Shown: positions 15,666 through 32,240 of the stretch, one piece after another
Layout: each line of letters begins with the position of its first letter
Numbering within the stretch: the stretch's first letter is position 1
Origin: the human T2T-CHM13v2.0 reference genome, Homo sapiens
Direction: 5' to 3' (one strand)
NCBI RefSeq assembly: GCF_009914755.1
Contig: NC_060934.1
Length of the DNA: 64,000 nt
Program-made: the position numbers and the translations under genes
Notes under the pieces: generated by a model
The model's database searches: none
Told to the model about the DNA's origin: nothing
The model's input: the letters and a program-made list of their open reading frames with translations, nothing else

Positions 15666-16127
15666 TGATGTGGAGAGGCCAAACCAATGGCTCTTATATA
15701 CACGTTCTTTCTTCTAAATGATTTCACCTTAGTTTTGGTCTGCGTCTCCAACCATAGCTAGTTGCAGTAGGACCCTCTGTCTGGCCTTGCTGCTCTCATT
15801 TTTGGACCTCCTCACTGAAATCAAATTGATCTTTCTAAAATGCAAACCTGGTCTTAGTATTTTATTACTTAAAACCCATTGGTGGCTTTCCATGATTTAT
15901 GGAATAAAGTCAAAATTCCTGTTTTTGCCCATGTTTCTGTGTGCCTCTCATCCCTACATTTACTGATTCCTGTGTGCCATAAATTGCCAGTAGTCCAGAG
16001 TTCATTCTCTTTTTGTACTTGGGAAGACTTCTGCATCCTGCCACTTTTCCCCTGAAACATGCTTGGAAAATACCTACTCATTTTTTTCAGATTCAGGTTA
16101 GTTTTTTACTTCACTTTCTTTTCCTGA

Positions 16128-16502
<375 letters not shown>

Positions 16503-18109
16503 TCAATCATGCGGTCTTTATACTTACTTGTTTACTTGCCTGTGAGATCACTGAATGCAGGGACTATTTCCTTGTTGCTCTAGCACCTACACCAGTACCT
16601 GGTATCCAGAAGCTGCATGCTAAATGTTTGTTGAGTGGCTGTTTGACTGAATGATTGTACTCCTAATTAGTAGATAGAAAGCCATGAACTTCCCAGTTCA
16701 TCATTCTTTGTGCTCAATTCTGGTTTCTTTATTGTGTTCAAAAGAGTTCCTTAGTGACATGAAACTATGGAGCTAGTATGTCGGCTCATTTAAGCAATGA
16801 TTGGTTTATGTATATAAGAGGCTTCAATAATTATATATTTTTATTTCAGTTTCAATAAATGATCAATTTATTAATTTTCTCTGTTTTGGCTTATTGTTCA
16901 CATTTAGTATCTAATAAAAGTGTTTTACTTAAAGTTATTCACGCCAATTATGACAGGTGAATATTACTTTGATTTACATTCCAGTAGTAGTTTTGGTGGA
17001 ACCCTGAATATGCTAAGACGTCACTTTTCTTTTTTCTTATGAACAGGCTACTCTGTTTACATATATTATTAAAATCTTCTTTGAAAATACGAAGAGTGTT
17101 ATATCTCTTATATTTAGTTCTCTGTGCTTCAGAATTCCTGTGATACTTGCACTTAAGTCCTTCTGAGCAGTTGATGTTAATATTTATGTGGTTAATTTCA
17201 TGAAACATGGTGGTTTTCATTTCTATCATTAATTTATACAGGAGATAGACTGTTTTCCAGGTGTAAGCTCAGTCATATAATTAGAAAATTTATAAGCAGA
17301 AAGGAGTTATTTGGTCTAACCCATTTATTCTACAGGTAGAGAAATTAGAGTCCAGAAACTCTGTCTTCTTTAAAGTCTTACAGGTATTTAAGAAAAAAGA
17401 ATAGACTTGAGATTTCCGTGTTCTGAACACAGTGATCTTGACACTGTAATGATCTTCATCCATATTATTCACAGAAGTAAATATAATCACATATTAAATA
17501 AGAAACAAAAATACTAAGGAGATATTATACTGAAAAATGAAATCATATTATCTTAATTATTTTGATCAGATTCATTATATAGCAGCTTGAAGGCTAATAA
17601 TTCCAATGATTCTCTGAATAAACCATTTTTCTAATAAGATTACAAGTTTTAGTAATCTAATTATTTTGACTGATGCAAATGTTACCCCGCCAGTCTGAAA
17701 AATGTGTTTATTTATATGTCATAAAGAATAATTTATTCCAAAAAGGCTAATTTTCAAAATATATGTATCTTCTGAAACTGTATCTATTTTTTTCCCACGT
17801 TTTCTAAATATATTTTAGAGGGCATTTGTAGATTTTCATGGTGCTGAAAAATTAAGGTATAATGGTCTCATGAAGGAGAATAATGTCATTTAGACATTGT
17901 AATTTTGGAGGATCACAATACTTTCTGGAATGTGGTTGTTGCAGCACTGGTCACTTATACTAATTATATAAAAACATACTATACTAATGCAATAATATAC
18001 CATATTAAATTATTAAATGGTAAATTTGTCTTAAATCCTCTAGAATACTGCAAAGAAATAGTTTATATAAGAAAGAGTACCATAGCATATGTGAACACAA
18101 TATTTCCTA

Positions 18110-18417
<308 letters not shown>

Positions 18418-21400
18418 TAAAAGACATTTTCTAACATACTTCTCATTTTAACTAACATAATATTGAAAGTGTAGATCTGAGAAAGAGATAGTGCCTGCAG
18501 ATCTGGGATCCTACATGCTAATATTATGGGATGCATTCAGATTTGATCAGCAGATATTCCATTTATTCTAGAACACCACCAGCAGAAGAATGTAATTACA
18601 TCTATCACTAAAACTTTGTGTCAATACAGACTACTGTATTTGTTATCATAGATGGTCCTTGGATGGCAGCCTTAAACAATTTTAAACCTAGACAGTTGAT
18701 GTACTTTTTCTTCTTGGATAATTTTCATTGTTTTATCTAATTTGGTTGTAACTAATGTGTTTAATATGGCTTGCTTTATTTTTTAAAAAGTTGTTCAGTA
18801 TCCTTAGAACTCAGTGCTGATTTCTTTTTCTAGCAGGCCTTTTATATAGGACATCTCACTTTCTCCTGGCTCTCTACTACTAGCATGAGGTCTCTGAAAA
18901 ATCAAGACAGCAAAATAATTTGTTATAGAATAGCCTATGTAGAGGGACAGGGGAGGAGTCATATTCCAAGAGGGAAAGACCTTTGAGCCAGGCTCAACTT
19001 GTAGAGGCTGTTGAATGAAAATGAGAGAGAGAGAATGCACACTTTATTGCACTATTAAAGCAAAATTCTGACAATAACTTCTAAAAATGATTCATACACT
19101 GAGCATATTACAGACCTTCCAAAAGTATAATTTCTTACATGAACGTCCAGGTATATAAAGAAAAATAACTATTTCATACCAATATCTTCAGCCGCCTTTA
19201 TTGTTGGTTCACCACATAGGTTTTTATCAGAATCGCAGAACATTGATTTTTTAAATTAGCTACCATTACAACTAGCTTGAGAAGAACTTTCTTTTTAATA
19301 ATTCGACCCAGATGCGTTCTAGATACTCCAGTGTTAACGAATCGATGGCTTCATGAGGAGCAGCTGTTGACTCATGCTATCTCTGGACACACTGACAGGA
19401 AATGTTTTCTTACACCTGTTTTCCTCCTGCTTTTCCTTGGTAGGACTTAGTTCCTTGGCATAGTTCAGTATCAATGGCAGTCATAGAGAAGTGTTACAAA
19501 AACCCAGCTTATTCCAACTTGTGAATTATTTGGCACCCAGGAAACAGGTCTTACAATCTTCAACCCACTTTCTCCTAACATGGCCCCTTTTCTGAAATGT
19601 TTATTTATATATGATGTAGGCCTGAGGAAAGGACATGGACTTTCAAATAAAATATTCTCCAGTAGATCTCTCAACTCCAGAGAACCTTCTGACTAAATCT
19701 GAAAGAATTCCACTGTGCTCTGATAACATCTTTTAATAATGAAGGAAAAGATATTTTTCCCCCAGGAGGATTTTGTAGTGAAAGAGATGGCATAATTTTT
19801 TTAAAAAATGTTGTTTATAATCTAATTTGTTTTTTCATTTGTGGGGTGTGTCTTAAATCCTAAATGGTACATCATTTTTTTAATACTTCTAGTAATAAAA
19901 TGTTTCTGAAGTTATGTTGTAAATATCGTAGGACTATGTTTAATAATGTTAAGTTGATCCCACTTCCCCTGAAATTATATACATAAATGCTGAAAGTATA
20001 AATTACATATACAACTTCATGGAACATTTTTCTTCCAAGTGTGCATTTGCTAGAATTTGCATTGAAAGGTTTTGGAAGGAGCCTGTTGGTATGAATCCTG
20101 TGTGAGCAACACTCAGATTTGTTGCATACTGAACAGCATGCTAAATCTCACTTCACAATCTTAGATTTCTCATCTACCATCTTGAGCTGAATTTAAAATG
20201 TAACGGCAGTTTATTATGTCACCTGTTCGTCAAACACTGATGCAAAGCTTAGTTTTCAGTGTGAAGAACCCATGACTAGAGAAGGGAAGAAGAAAGGGTC
20301 AAGCAGACCTCATTAAAGAGTGTATGGGCAAGAAAACACATCAGATGTCTTGATAGGTTTATTAAAGTCCTGTTAGACTTGTCATGATTTCCAAAACACT
20401 AAATGCCATCTAGTATTTTGGACCCTCCAAAATTACAGTAGAATATTATTATGGGTCATCTTAATTGGAAATATACAGGAAAATCCTGATGATTAATGTG
20501 GACTAGTGATAGCTCTCACACATTTATATAACCTACGTTGAAAAGAAAGAAGAAAGGCAGGAAGGAAAGAAGGAAAAAGAGCGGAGAGAGAGGAACAAGA
20601 AAACACGTGGATTTGTGGAAATGAAATTTTTTAAATTACTAATTTGCAAGAATGGGTAAGAAAAATACCGAGTGTGAACATAAATGCTTTCAATTCAGTT
20701 TGTCTCTGAATCCTTCTCAGTCCGTGGCCAGTTTTGAAACTTGGTGTAACTTCCTTCCTTTATTCCTCCCTCCCTTGCTCCCTCCATCCCTTCTTGCCAG
20801 CCTCCTTCCCTTCCTCTCTCCTTGAGTTTCCTTCTTGTTCCCTCCCTCCCTCTCTCTTTTCTTCCCTTAGTTCCCCTGGAAGCACATATACCAGCCATTT
20901 GAATGCTTTCTGCTCATAGATACTGCCAAGCCCCCTCACCCAGACTGTTGACTAGATTTGGTAGAATTGAATGAGAAACATAGACTTTGTGTCTGGGGCG
21001 GCCACCTCTGATGTTGCAGATTTTTGCCGTGATTATGCTCTCCAGCCGAGGGACGCTAGAGAGGTTGAAATTTCAACTGTGGGATTTGCCATTTTGGAAT
21101 TTGCAGAAATGTACTGGATATGCTAACAGCAGCCTGGCTAGCCTCCACTTCACAAGGAAGTATTTAAATATACACGTGTAATACGAAGAAAATTGCATTA
21201 GATCATAAGGGATGAATTATTTTGTAAATAACTATACCATCAAATACCATACCTGATATCAATCATCTTCATCAGACAGTATCTGTGTATGTAAGTAGAT
21301 AAACAAAAAAGCAGGAGTTTATTTCTCTCTAATGTGTCCTTGACTCTCTAGCAGTGACCTCTGAAATGTCTCTTCTGATCCAGACTTGTTTGAATCATGT

Positions 21401-22244
21401 GCAACATTTTAGATTTGTCTTTTCTCTGCAAGTTTTTTTTTGTTAAGTACCATAACATATTGAACCAAATAGTTTTGCTTGCTTTATATTGATGACACAT
21501 GATTTTGGCTTTTATCTTCAGTGGAAAATCAATGTGTCACATGGCGTTCACTAAGAAAAAGGTGTGGGGCCTCTTTGTAATTCTTTGTCAGATGATTGCT
21601 GTATCTTGATTTATGCCTTCAAACTTTTTCCCATTCAGCAGAAAATATTGTGTCGCTATCTGTGAGAGCAAAGCGATCTATACCTATTTATGCTCTAAGT
21701 GTAGCCTCCTTCCAGAACTGCTTATGGAACATATCAACTCACTATAGATTAGGGACATAATGGATTCTTCTTTCTTAAAAGTGGCATATTGACAATTTTA
21801 GTTCATATACAAGCTTTTATATTAACATTAAAACGATATTTCTATGTAAAATAAAATATTGTAGTTGATTATTATTCGAGGGCCTCCCAGAATTTCAAGG
21901 TCTGAAAAGAAATTCAATGTTCCTGGTGGTAACAAAATTGCCCCTACTTCCTTGTATCAGGACTGCCATTTGGAACTGCTGGGGAAGCTCTTTTCAGAAA
22001 TTATTTTCAAAACAGCATTGTTGCCTTTTTCCAAACTGAAATCTGATTGTAAACTTTTGAAAACTAGTTCCTTGGAATGGAATTCAAGGAGTCTTCTAAG
22101 CAATTTTTTTTTTTAACTCAAACATACATTCTATCTTGCTTTATTATGTCACTATTTGTGTAGGAAACATATTTCTATTTTTACCATTTTCAATTTATTT
22201 ACATTTACATTTACATTTGTGTGTATATATATACGCACATACAT

Positions 22245-23817
<1,573 letters not shown>

Positions 23818-24699
23818 TGTTGTATATTTTATGGTACAATGCCTTCTGTCAATGGGGAAAAACAACAAGCGTATATGGGATGAATGAAGTCTGCTATGGT
23901 TAAGGTTGAGAATATTTACTGATCCTTGAGTTCAGTCTCCAGGAATGTTGGAAATAGAGAATGGAGATAATGGAGATAAAGAAAAGTTCTGAAAATGACA
24001 CTTCCCATAGTGTCAGAATTGTGGTCTATTGGAGAATTCTGTGATACATCAAAACCTCTGTTTATACTGATGTTTGTTATTGTGTATGAGCATATCTTTA
24101 TCAGGTGTAGGCTATTTCTATACTTTCATGTCTTTAAATCAACGTTTCTATTCACATATGTATATGTGCAAATAGAAACATGTTAATGTTATATATATAT
24201 TTTTTCTGTCATTACCAATATTGCTATGATTATCATTAGCATGTATTATTAGTGTGACCGAAGTATCATCAGTATCATTTTCTTTCTAACTGCAGTGCTC
24301 CTGTAATGCTTCATTTCTACAGAGCCAACCTACACCCACCGTTTCCCTGACTATAACTTCACCTAAAGTATAAGCCCTTCTAAAGCCATGAAAGCCTACC
24401 AAGAATTGTCAAAGAAGCTAGGCAGCAGCCAGGCTCTGCCTTAGGAAAAGACTTTACTTTTTATTATCATGTGCAGTACTTAACTACTTGTTTTGACCTC
24501 TAAGATTTTGCTCTCCTATATTTCTATCCTCTGGCTTTCTGATATTTCATGTGATTATATTTGAAAATTTAACCTTGCTTTTCTTTTTGGAATCTCTGAT
24601 ATCTCTGCTGCCACAGGTAATGACAGCTTCCTCTGTAACCGTTGGTGTTATCCCTGGTCAGATTATTACTGATGACAGAAGTAGATGTTTTACGTGGAT

Positions 24700-27240
24700 T
24701 CTCTCAATATCAGAAACAAATACAGATATCACAACTCAAAAATGACAGACTGATAACCATTATGAACTTAGATGCAACATTCTTAATACAATATTAGCAA
24801 ATTGAGTCTAGGAATATTTAAAAATGATAATGTGTTTTAACCAAGTGGGATTTATCTCAAGTTGGTTTCAACAACTGACAATCTACCATGCTGACAGAAA
24901 AAAGAAAAATCACGTGACACTCTCGATAGATGCAAAAAAGGAATTTACAAAATGTAGCAAATTTTTTAAATTAAAAACTCCCAGCAAACTGAGGATAGAA
25001 AAGTACATTTTCAAACTGATTATGTGTTTACAAAAAATCTATAGCAAACATCTTACTTAAAATGGTGAAAGCCTTAATACTTTCTACATAAGATTATGAA
25101 AAATGCAATGATGTCCTCTCTCCCTAGTTCTTTAAAGTATTGCATTCAATATTAAATAAGTGGAAATATATACCAAGTTCATTGATAAGTGTTTAATACT
25201 TATGAGATGATAATTCTCCTGATATTGATCTCTAGATTCAGTGGAATTCCCATGAAACCTTATAGGTCCTTTTGGATAAATTACAAAACTGATTCTAAAA
25301 CAGGGAGAAAGAAAGAAGGGAGGGAAGGAGGAATGGACAGAAAGAAGAAAGAAATAAAGAGAAAAGAAAAGAAAATAAGAAATAAGTGACACCCAAGTTG
25401 GGAAGAAAGAAAAATAATATTCTCATGTGATGTAAACATATACATAGAAAATCCTTAGGCATCTGCAGAAGTGTGCTAGAGGTATGAAGTGAATTTAACA
25501 AAGTTGTAGGATGAAAGATCAATAAATAAAATCAATTGTGTTTCTATACACAATCAACACCAATTAGAAAATAAAATTATGTAAGCAATTTAACTTATAA
25601 TAGCCTCAAAAATAATAAAATAATTCAGAATAAATTTAATAAAAGGTATGCCAATCCAAAATTTCTAAATCACTAATACGAGAAATTGAATAGGTAGAAA
25701 TATGTATGAAGTTCATTGGTAAATATATATGTAATACTTATTAGATGATAATTCCCCTGAAACTGATCTCCAGATTTGGCACAATCCCAATCAAACCTAT
25801 AGGCCTTTTTGGAGAAATTACAAAGCTGATTCTAATTTTTTTTTTTAATGCGGAAGTCCAAGAATAGCCAGAGCATGTTTTAGAAAGAATAAAGTTGGAA
25901 AACTTTCCAAATTTCAAGACATATTGTAAAGCTACACTAACCAGTACAGTGAACTTACTGGCATGAAGAAGACATATATATCAGTGAAACAGAGTAAATA
26001 ATTTAGAAATATATCCAGCCTTACATGGCCAAAGTTGCCGAAATAATTCAATAAGGAAATCAATGTCTTTATAAAGATGGTACTATTAAAATTGGATATT
26101 AAATGGAGAATATGAACTTCAGAATTACCTCACACCATATCCTCAAATTAACTCAACATGTATTTTATAGATAATGTAAATATAAAAAGTATAAAGCTTA
26201 CTGAATAGGAAAAATTTTTAATAATCTTACTATAGCTAAAAATTTTTTAGATAAGAAAAGGATGGATGAAAATGGAAAAAATAGTAAATTGGACTTCATG
26301 AAATTAAAACGTTTGCAATTTAAAACACAGAATCAAAAAATGAAAAGGCAAACCACAGATTGGGACAGAATAATTTTAAATATGTCTGATAAAGAACTTT
26401 CATCTAGAATGTACACATAACTAAAAAACTAAATAACAAAACACAGATAACTCATTTAATATAACATTTTGACCTAAATGGGCCAAATATTTGTACAGAT
26501 GTTTTAATTTAAAAAGAGATGATATCTAATACACAAATGAAAAGATACTTGACATTACATGTCATCAGGGAAATGCAAGTTAAAACCACATTGAGATACC
26601 ACTGTACACCCACTGGAGTGGCTGACACGGGCAGAACTGACCATACCACATGATGTGAAGAATTGCTATTCACACCTGGCTAGTGGGACTTCAAAATGGT
26701 ACAGACATTTTGGAAAGCAGTTTGGAAGTTTCTTTTAATGTTAAACTTAGTACTGATCATATAGCCAAGTAATTCCACTGCGACTCAGAATAATTAAAAA
26801 CATATCCGTACCAAGCCTCATCCTTGAAGTTCATAGCAGATGTGTCCATCAACTTGTAAATGGATAAACCAGTTGTATATGGAGTACCACTCAACAATAA
26901 AAAGGAGCAAACTGATACAACAGCAATATAAGTGAATATCAAAAGCATTATGCTCAGTGAAAGAAGCTAGACATGAAAGACACCAATGTATCATTCCACT
27001 AATAGGATACTCTAGAAAATGCAAACTGTAGAAACAGAAGCAGATTAGTGGTTGCCTGTGTTCAGGAATGGAGAAAAGATCAAATGCAAAACAGCAAAAG
27101 AAAACATTTTGTGATGATGCAGATTTTCTGTATCTTGATCATGATTGTGGTCAAATGATGATATTCATCTGCCATAACCCATTAAATTGCACATTTAAAA
27201 GGGTGAATTTTACTGTGTGTACATTATACTTAAATGGAGC
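24700..27240 (+). mobile_element. Old L1M (ME/MC-type) ORF2 to 3'UTR fragment
   Basis: atagatgcaaaaaaggaattt, aaaatcaattgtgtttctata, gggaaatgcaagttaaaaccaca.tgagatacca and cattatgctcagtgaaagaagctagac. Confidence 0.85.
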
Positions 27241-27659
27241 TGTAAATATGTTTGGAGCTTATCTGTGAACATTAGTTGCAGAGCAGGAGTTATTTTTATA
27301 GAGTGGAAATCTGCTGAGTGCCAACTTGAGAAGGGTTGAAAAAAATTAGAACCTTCTTCCAACACATTTCAATTAGAACACTCTTAGGATGTCGTTACAG
27401 CTATGCTCTATATTGGAGTCTCTGATGAAATCACATGTCTAAAAATCTCAGCATGCTTTTAATCAACAGAATATACACGTGTTTTCTTTTTTTACTATAA
27501 AGGATATACCAAACAACTTTTTGAAGACTTTACTTCAAAAAGGCACGTAGTTTTGCAACATTTTTGGTAAGTCTTTAATTATTTCAAAATGAAAAATTGA
27601 AAATAAAATGCAATTATTTACTCAGCCCCCCCAAAAAAAGGCCTGTATGGGGAATGCAT

Positions 27660-27694
27660 GTGGTGTGTGTGTGTGTGTGTGTGTAAGTGTGTGA
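27660..27694. repeat. (TG)n microsatellite
   Basis: gtggtgtgtgtgtgtgtgtgtgtgt. Confidence 0.9.
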
Positions 27695-28558
27695 TTTGAA
27701 GAATTGAAAAAATTTTATTGGGGTTTTGTAGCATCACTTTGATAGCATCCTGTAATTTTGTATTGTGTTTGAAATAAAAATAAAGTGAACACACTGATAA
27801 AAGAATTTGAAAAGAATTTGCATTATTGCCTAAATTATGTGTGGTTTCCACAGTGGCATGAATCGAGCATCTTTAACCTACGTAACAATATATCAGAATG
27901 TATTAGGTAAAAAATAAGTAAACTAGTATAACGAAGTTAAATATTTCTAGAGGAAAATTATAGCTTTATTTTTTTTTCCTGAAATGTTTTGAGGAGATAT
28001 TTACACCAAAAGAAATTATCACTGATCAATGAAACTTTTTCAGAATTTGCTTGTGTCCCACCAATATTTGATTACGTAGGCTTCTGTGAGTTCCATTTCG
28101 TTAATTTAGCATTGACAGGAGAGAAGGCAATGGCTCTGCAGCCTCTCTGGGTGTGGCATGCTCCTGGTTCCGCTGGCTGATCTCTATTAGAACCATGGCC
28201 TTAATCATGCCTTTCATGCTTCTAACTTGATTTGCATTTGTTGTGTAATCCAAATTTATTCTCTCGTTTAGTCGCTTCCACCCATAGAAAAGCAGGTCTT
28301 TTTCATTTCCCCTTCACCATTGCCCCCATTTTTTCTTTTTGTCCTCCCATGATGAAAAACAAGACAGAAAACAAACTATAACAACAACAGGCACCTTTTG
28401 TCTGTGGTCACCAATGCATTGTAGCACTAAACTTTGTTCAAAATCTCTAGATGTAACCTCTATATCTGCTGTTCCCAGAGTTTTTTGATGTATTCTCTAG
28501 ACTGCTGTGACCCACTGACAGAAAGCCTAGCTATATTTAATTGAAAGTTATTACTGTC

Positions 28559-28926
28559 TGATATGGCTTGGCTGTGTCCCCACCCAAATCTCATCTTGCA
28601 CTATAGCTCCCATAATTCACATGTTGTGGGAGGGACCTCGTGAGAGGTAAGTGGATCATGGGGGCAGTTTTCCCCATACTGTTCTAGTGGTAGTGAATAA
28701 GTCTCATGAGATCTGATGGTTTTATAAGGCGAAACCCCTTTCGCCTTTCACTTGGTTCTCATTTGCTGTTTGCCTGCTGCCATGTAAGACGTGCCTTTCG
28801 CCTTCTGCTATAATTGTGAGGCCTCCTCAGCCATGTGGAACTGTGAATTCATTAAACCTCTTTTTCTTTATAAATTACCCAGTCTTGGGTATGTCTTCAT
28901 CAGCAGCATGAAAATCAACTAATACA
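28559..28926 (+). mobile_element. THE1B-type MaLR solo LTR
   Basis: tgatatgg..tggctgtgtccccacccaaatctcatcttg ... actaataca, with perfect 5-bp TSD ctgtc at 28554-28558 and 28927-28931. Confidence 0.93.
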
Positions 28927-28943
28927 CTGTCCATGAATGATAC

Positions 28944-29328
28944 TCTGTTAGCCCATTTGCATTGTTATAAAGAAATACCTGAGGCTGGGTAATTTATAAA
29001 GAAATGAGGTTTATTTGGCTCCTTGTTCTGCAGGCTGTACATGAAGCATAGTACTGGCACCTGCTTCCAGGGGGGGCCTCAGGAAGCTTCCAATCATGGT
29101 GGAAGGTGAAGGGAAACCAGCATATCACATGGTGAGAGAGGAAGCAAGAGAGACAGGGAGGAGGTGTCAGTCTCTTTTAAACAACCAGATATCACATGAA
29201 CTCACAGGGTAAGAACTCATTCATTACCAAGAGGACAGCACCAAGCCATTCAGGAGGCATCTGTCTCCAACATTGGGGATCACATTTTAACATGAGATTT
29301 GAAGGGGACAAACATCCAAACTATATCA
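28944..29328 (-). mobile_element. MSTB-type MaLR solo LTR
   Basis: ataaagaaatacctgaggctgggtaatttataaag ... ggggacaaacatccaaactatatca, with TSD gatac at 28939-28943 and 29329-29333. Confidence 0.9.
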
Positions 29329-29649
29329 GATACCAAAGCTGACAATGCTTAGGATCTTTAGCTGTTCCAGGTTCTGGGAAAAGGGAGAGAGTTAGCTTCC
29401 CTCCTCTATGCTGTGCTACTCCATATTATATTAGTAATTATCGTTCTCTAAAGGTTCTTAAAAGCAAATAAACAAATGCAAGGCAAAACACATGAAATGC
29501 AAGGCAAATGCATTAAAAACTTTTGAGTGTTAATATATAGATTTTATTTTATCTTTTTAATTTCTTTTGCTTAACCAAATAGATTATGTAGTTTTGATTA
29601 ACTGGCCATGAAATAGCTCTGCCTACATAGAATTTCCCATGAATAATTG

Positions 29650-30080
29650 GTTGTGGAGACTTTTATGTGTGACCCAAATCCTCCCTCAAAACTGAAGTTT
29701 GCCTAGCTATTGGGAGTGTTGGCAAATCATGCCTCTCAGCTGATTCTCTCTAGAATTTATTCTCAGGAGATCTAATTAATAACTTGTCAAGCTGATGTCC
29801 ATCCTTGGGGACAACTCGTATCTGAAGAATGGCCAGTGAAAGGTATTAAAACTCCATACTCCTGCCTCAATTTAGGCCAACTCTGAAGGGTCACCCCAGC
29901 TTCTCAGCTCCCCCTTGAGATTAGCTGAGGTATTTGTTGTGACTGCCTCACATCTCAACTCCCTTTATCCAATTCAGCTTTTTCCCCACAGTTGTTGGTT
30001 CCTAGGATTTTACCCAGTTAAATGTTCTCTACACAAATCTCTATCTCAAATCTGCTTTACAGGGAATCTGGCCTCAGACA
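29650..30080 (+). mobile_element. LTR16-type ERVL solo LTR
   Basis: caactctgaagggtcaccccagct...ctccc and the 3' end ...tctca.atctgcttt...gggaa...cct.agaca. Confidence 0.7.
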
Positions 30081-30119
30081 GGTTTTCATTAGGTTCTGGA
30101 CATAACCCTCATTAGCCAT

Positions 30120-30472
30120 TGATGTGATTCGGCTGTGTCTCTGCCTGAATCTCACCTTGATTGTAATTATCCCCACATGTCAAGGACGGAGTCAGGTGGA
30201 GATAATTGAATCATAGGGGCGGTTTCCCCCTGCTGTTCTCGTGGTAGTGAATAAGTCTCATGAGATCTGATGGTTTTAAAATGGGAGTTTCCCTACACAA
30301 GCTTTCTTCTCTGCTACCATTTAAGATGTGCCTTTGCTTCTTTTTTGCCTTCTGCCGTGACTGTGAGGCCTCCCCAGCCATGTGGAACTGTGAGTTCATT
30401 AAACCTCTTTCCTTTATAAATTACCCAGTCTTGGGTATGACTTTATTAGCAGCATGAGAACAAACTAGTACA
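30120..30472 (+). mobile_element. THE1C-type MaLR solo LTR
   Basis: aatctcaccttga.ttgtaat..tccccacatgtcaagg...caggtggagataattgaatcat ... actagtaca. Confidence 0.9.
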
Positions 30473-30836
30473 GTCTGTTCTGTAAGCCCAAGTCGGATCA
30501 CCGAGTCCCGCTTTCTGTTTTTGTTTTTTTTCTAGCCTATATTTCTACTAAAACTTGACTCATATAGACTTAAAACAAAATAATTAAGCATGGCTAATAT
30601 TTATTTAATATTTTATACATGTCAGGTACTGTATTTTGTAACTTATCTTTTAATAATCTTTCCAAATCTCTAAAAGGAGAATTCTGCTCTTTTATAGAGA
30701 AAATAAGGATGGCTCTGAAAACGTTAGTATTAGGGGAAGTAGGGTGAGGGACATAGGGGGCACTTTGTGTTATTTGTGCATTTTACTATCAGTCTAAAAT
30801 CAGGTCAAAATAAAAATTAAAAAAAATGAGTAGTAG

Positions 30837-31158
<322 letters not shown>

Positions 31159-31714
31159 CAAAGTTCATATTTTAACTACTAACCTAAATTATTTTAAAAG
31201 CAAAAGTCTCCTTGGACTCAAACCAGGTCAGAGTGACATGATCATGTGCCTGTTTTGTGCAGGGTGAAGTGAGATTGTTATCTAGGAAATAGCTGAAATG
31301 TCTTGTTGTGGGCATAAATATTTCATATAAATTCTAAGATTCATATTAGCACTTAGATTATAATTACCTAAAGAATAGAGAACAATTTCATATAATTTTC
31401 AGTGTATCAGGCAAATCAAAAGTATACATACAAGCATGCAGATGAATTTCGGTGAATACAGTGGTGACAATGCTCAACAGAATATGTGTCCCCCACCCCA
31501 ACCCTGCTTCTTGCTCTTTCACTGTCCTAAAAGATAGAACAAAATGGTTCAGGCATCCAGCTTGTCCCCTCCACACTTCACACTTTTACTTAATAGCAGC
31601 TTATCTTTAACACTTTGTCATCTTTAAGATGTTTCTAATTCTTTCTGCTAGATCCCAGGACTGAGGATGAGGAAGAATGATTTTATTTAAATAAGGTTGC
31701 TTAATTAAAAAACA

Positions 31715-32240
<526 letters not shown>

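Noticed and set aside
16081-16102. Possible 6-nt microexon (ttttttcAG|ATTCAG|GTTAGT)
   Set aside because: It has a short pyrimidine tract, no well-placed branch point or UGC enhancer, and lies in L2-like remnants. It would also insert two residues into the MAM core.
20540-20870. GA-rich tract followed by a CT-rich tract as a structured element
   Set aside because: These are degenerate low-complexity purine and pyrimidine runs with no specific complementarity that I could align.
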